Assembly: GCA_002269645.1 (NCBI GenBank) | Contig: NIVC01004083.1 | Span: forward strand, 1-17,976 | DNA from: Macrostomum lignano | Taxonomy: Eukaryota | Length of the DNA: 17,976 bases | Direction: 5' to 3' | Translations under genes and position numbers: made by a program | Shown: one piece after another, positions 17,833 to 17,976 of the stretch | Position numbering within the stretch: position 1 is the first letter of the stretch | Layout of the letters: the number at the start of each line of letters is the position of its first letter | The notes under the pieces: generated by a model | Told to the model about the DNA's origin: nothing | The model's database searches: none | What the model saw: only the letters and a program-made list of their open reading frames with translations

Positions 17833-17976
17833 TTACGCGCTTGCTGCTCCGTCTTCCGCGATCGCATGGTGGTTGAACTCCTCAGCTTTTGGCTCCGGAG
17901 TTTGCAACTTTTGCATTTCATAGGCGGAACCATCGACACCTTGACAGTTGTTCGCTGAATCGTTCCGGTGTGGACG
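17833..17976 (-). CDS. 3' end of the last coding exon of an upstream gene (partial, enters from the right edge)
   Basis: Open frame from the window edge, RPHRNDSANNCQGVDGSAYEMQKLQTPEPKAEEFNHHAIAEDGAASA*, TAA at 17835-17833. GC-rich, coding-like composition. Confidence 0.5.
   Translation of the reverse strand, partial: RPHRNDSANNCQGVDGSAYEMQKLQTPEPKAEEFNHHAIAEDGAASA

Overview
Eukaryotic (invertebrate animal-like) genomic DNA. The host genes are intron-containing and lie on the minus strand. From the left: (1) TTC5/STRAP (TPR + OB-fold; tubulin autoregulation factor), with three large coding exons plus a probable ATG-only first exon; it runs off the left edge, and the leftmost exon has about four 1-nt frameshifts. 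(2) A 2.4-kb intergenic spacer filled mostly by two minisatellites (24-bp and hairpin-forming 34-bp units). (3) A terminal exon encoding about 15 QPGQPPY heptads. (4) A strongly CpG-depleted, AT-rich block (about 5.1-9.95 kb) carrying a hAT MITE and a palindromic MITE. (5) A nest of DNA-transposon remnants at 10-12.3 kb, including an intron-split Crypton-type tyrosine-recombinase fragment, a Merlin/IS1595-type transposase C-terminus and small CCATAGAC...GTCTATGG-ended elements. (6) A 3.2-kb CACTA/EnSpm-like element (31-bp TIRs, GA TSD) carrying an unidentified spliced gene 3' end. (7) The last exon of another gene at the right edge. All calls were made by eye with no database searches, and the organism is not established.
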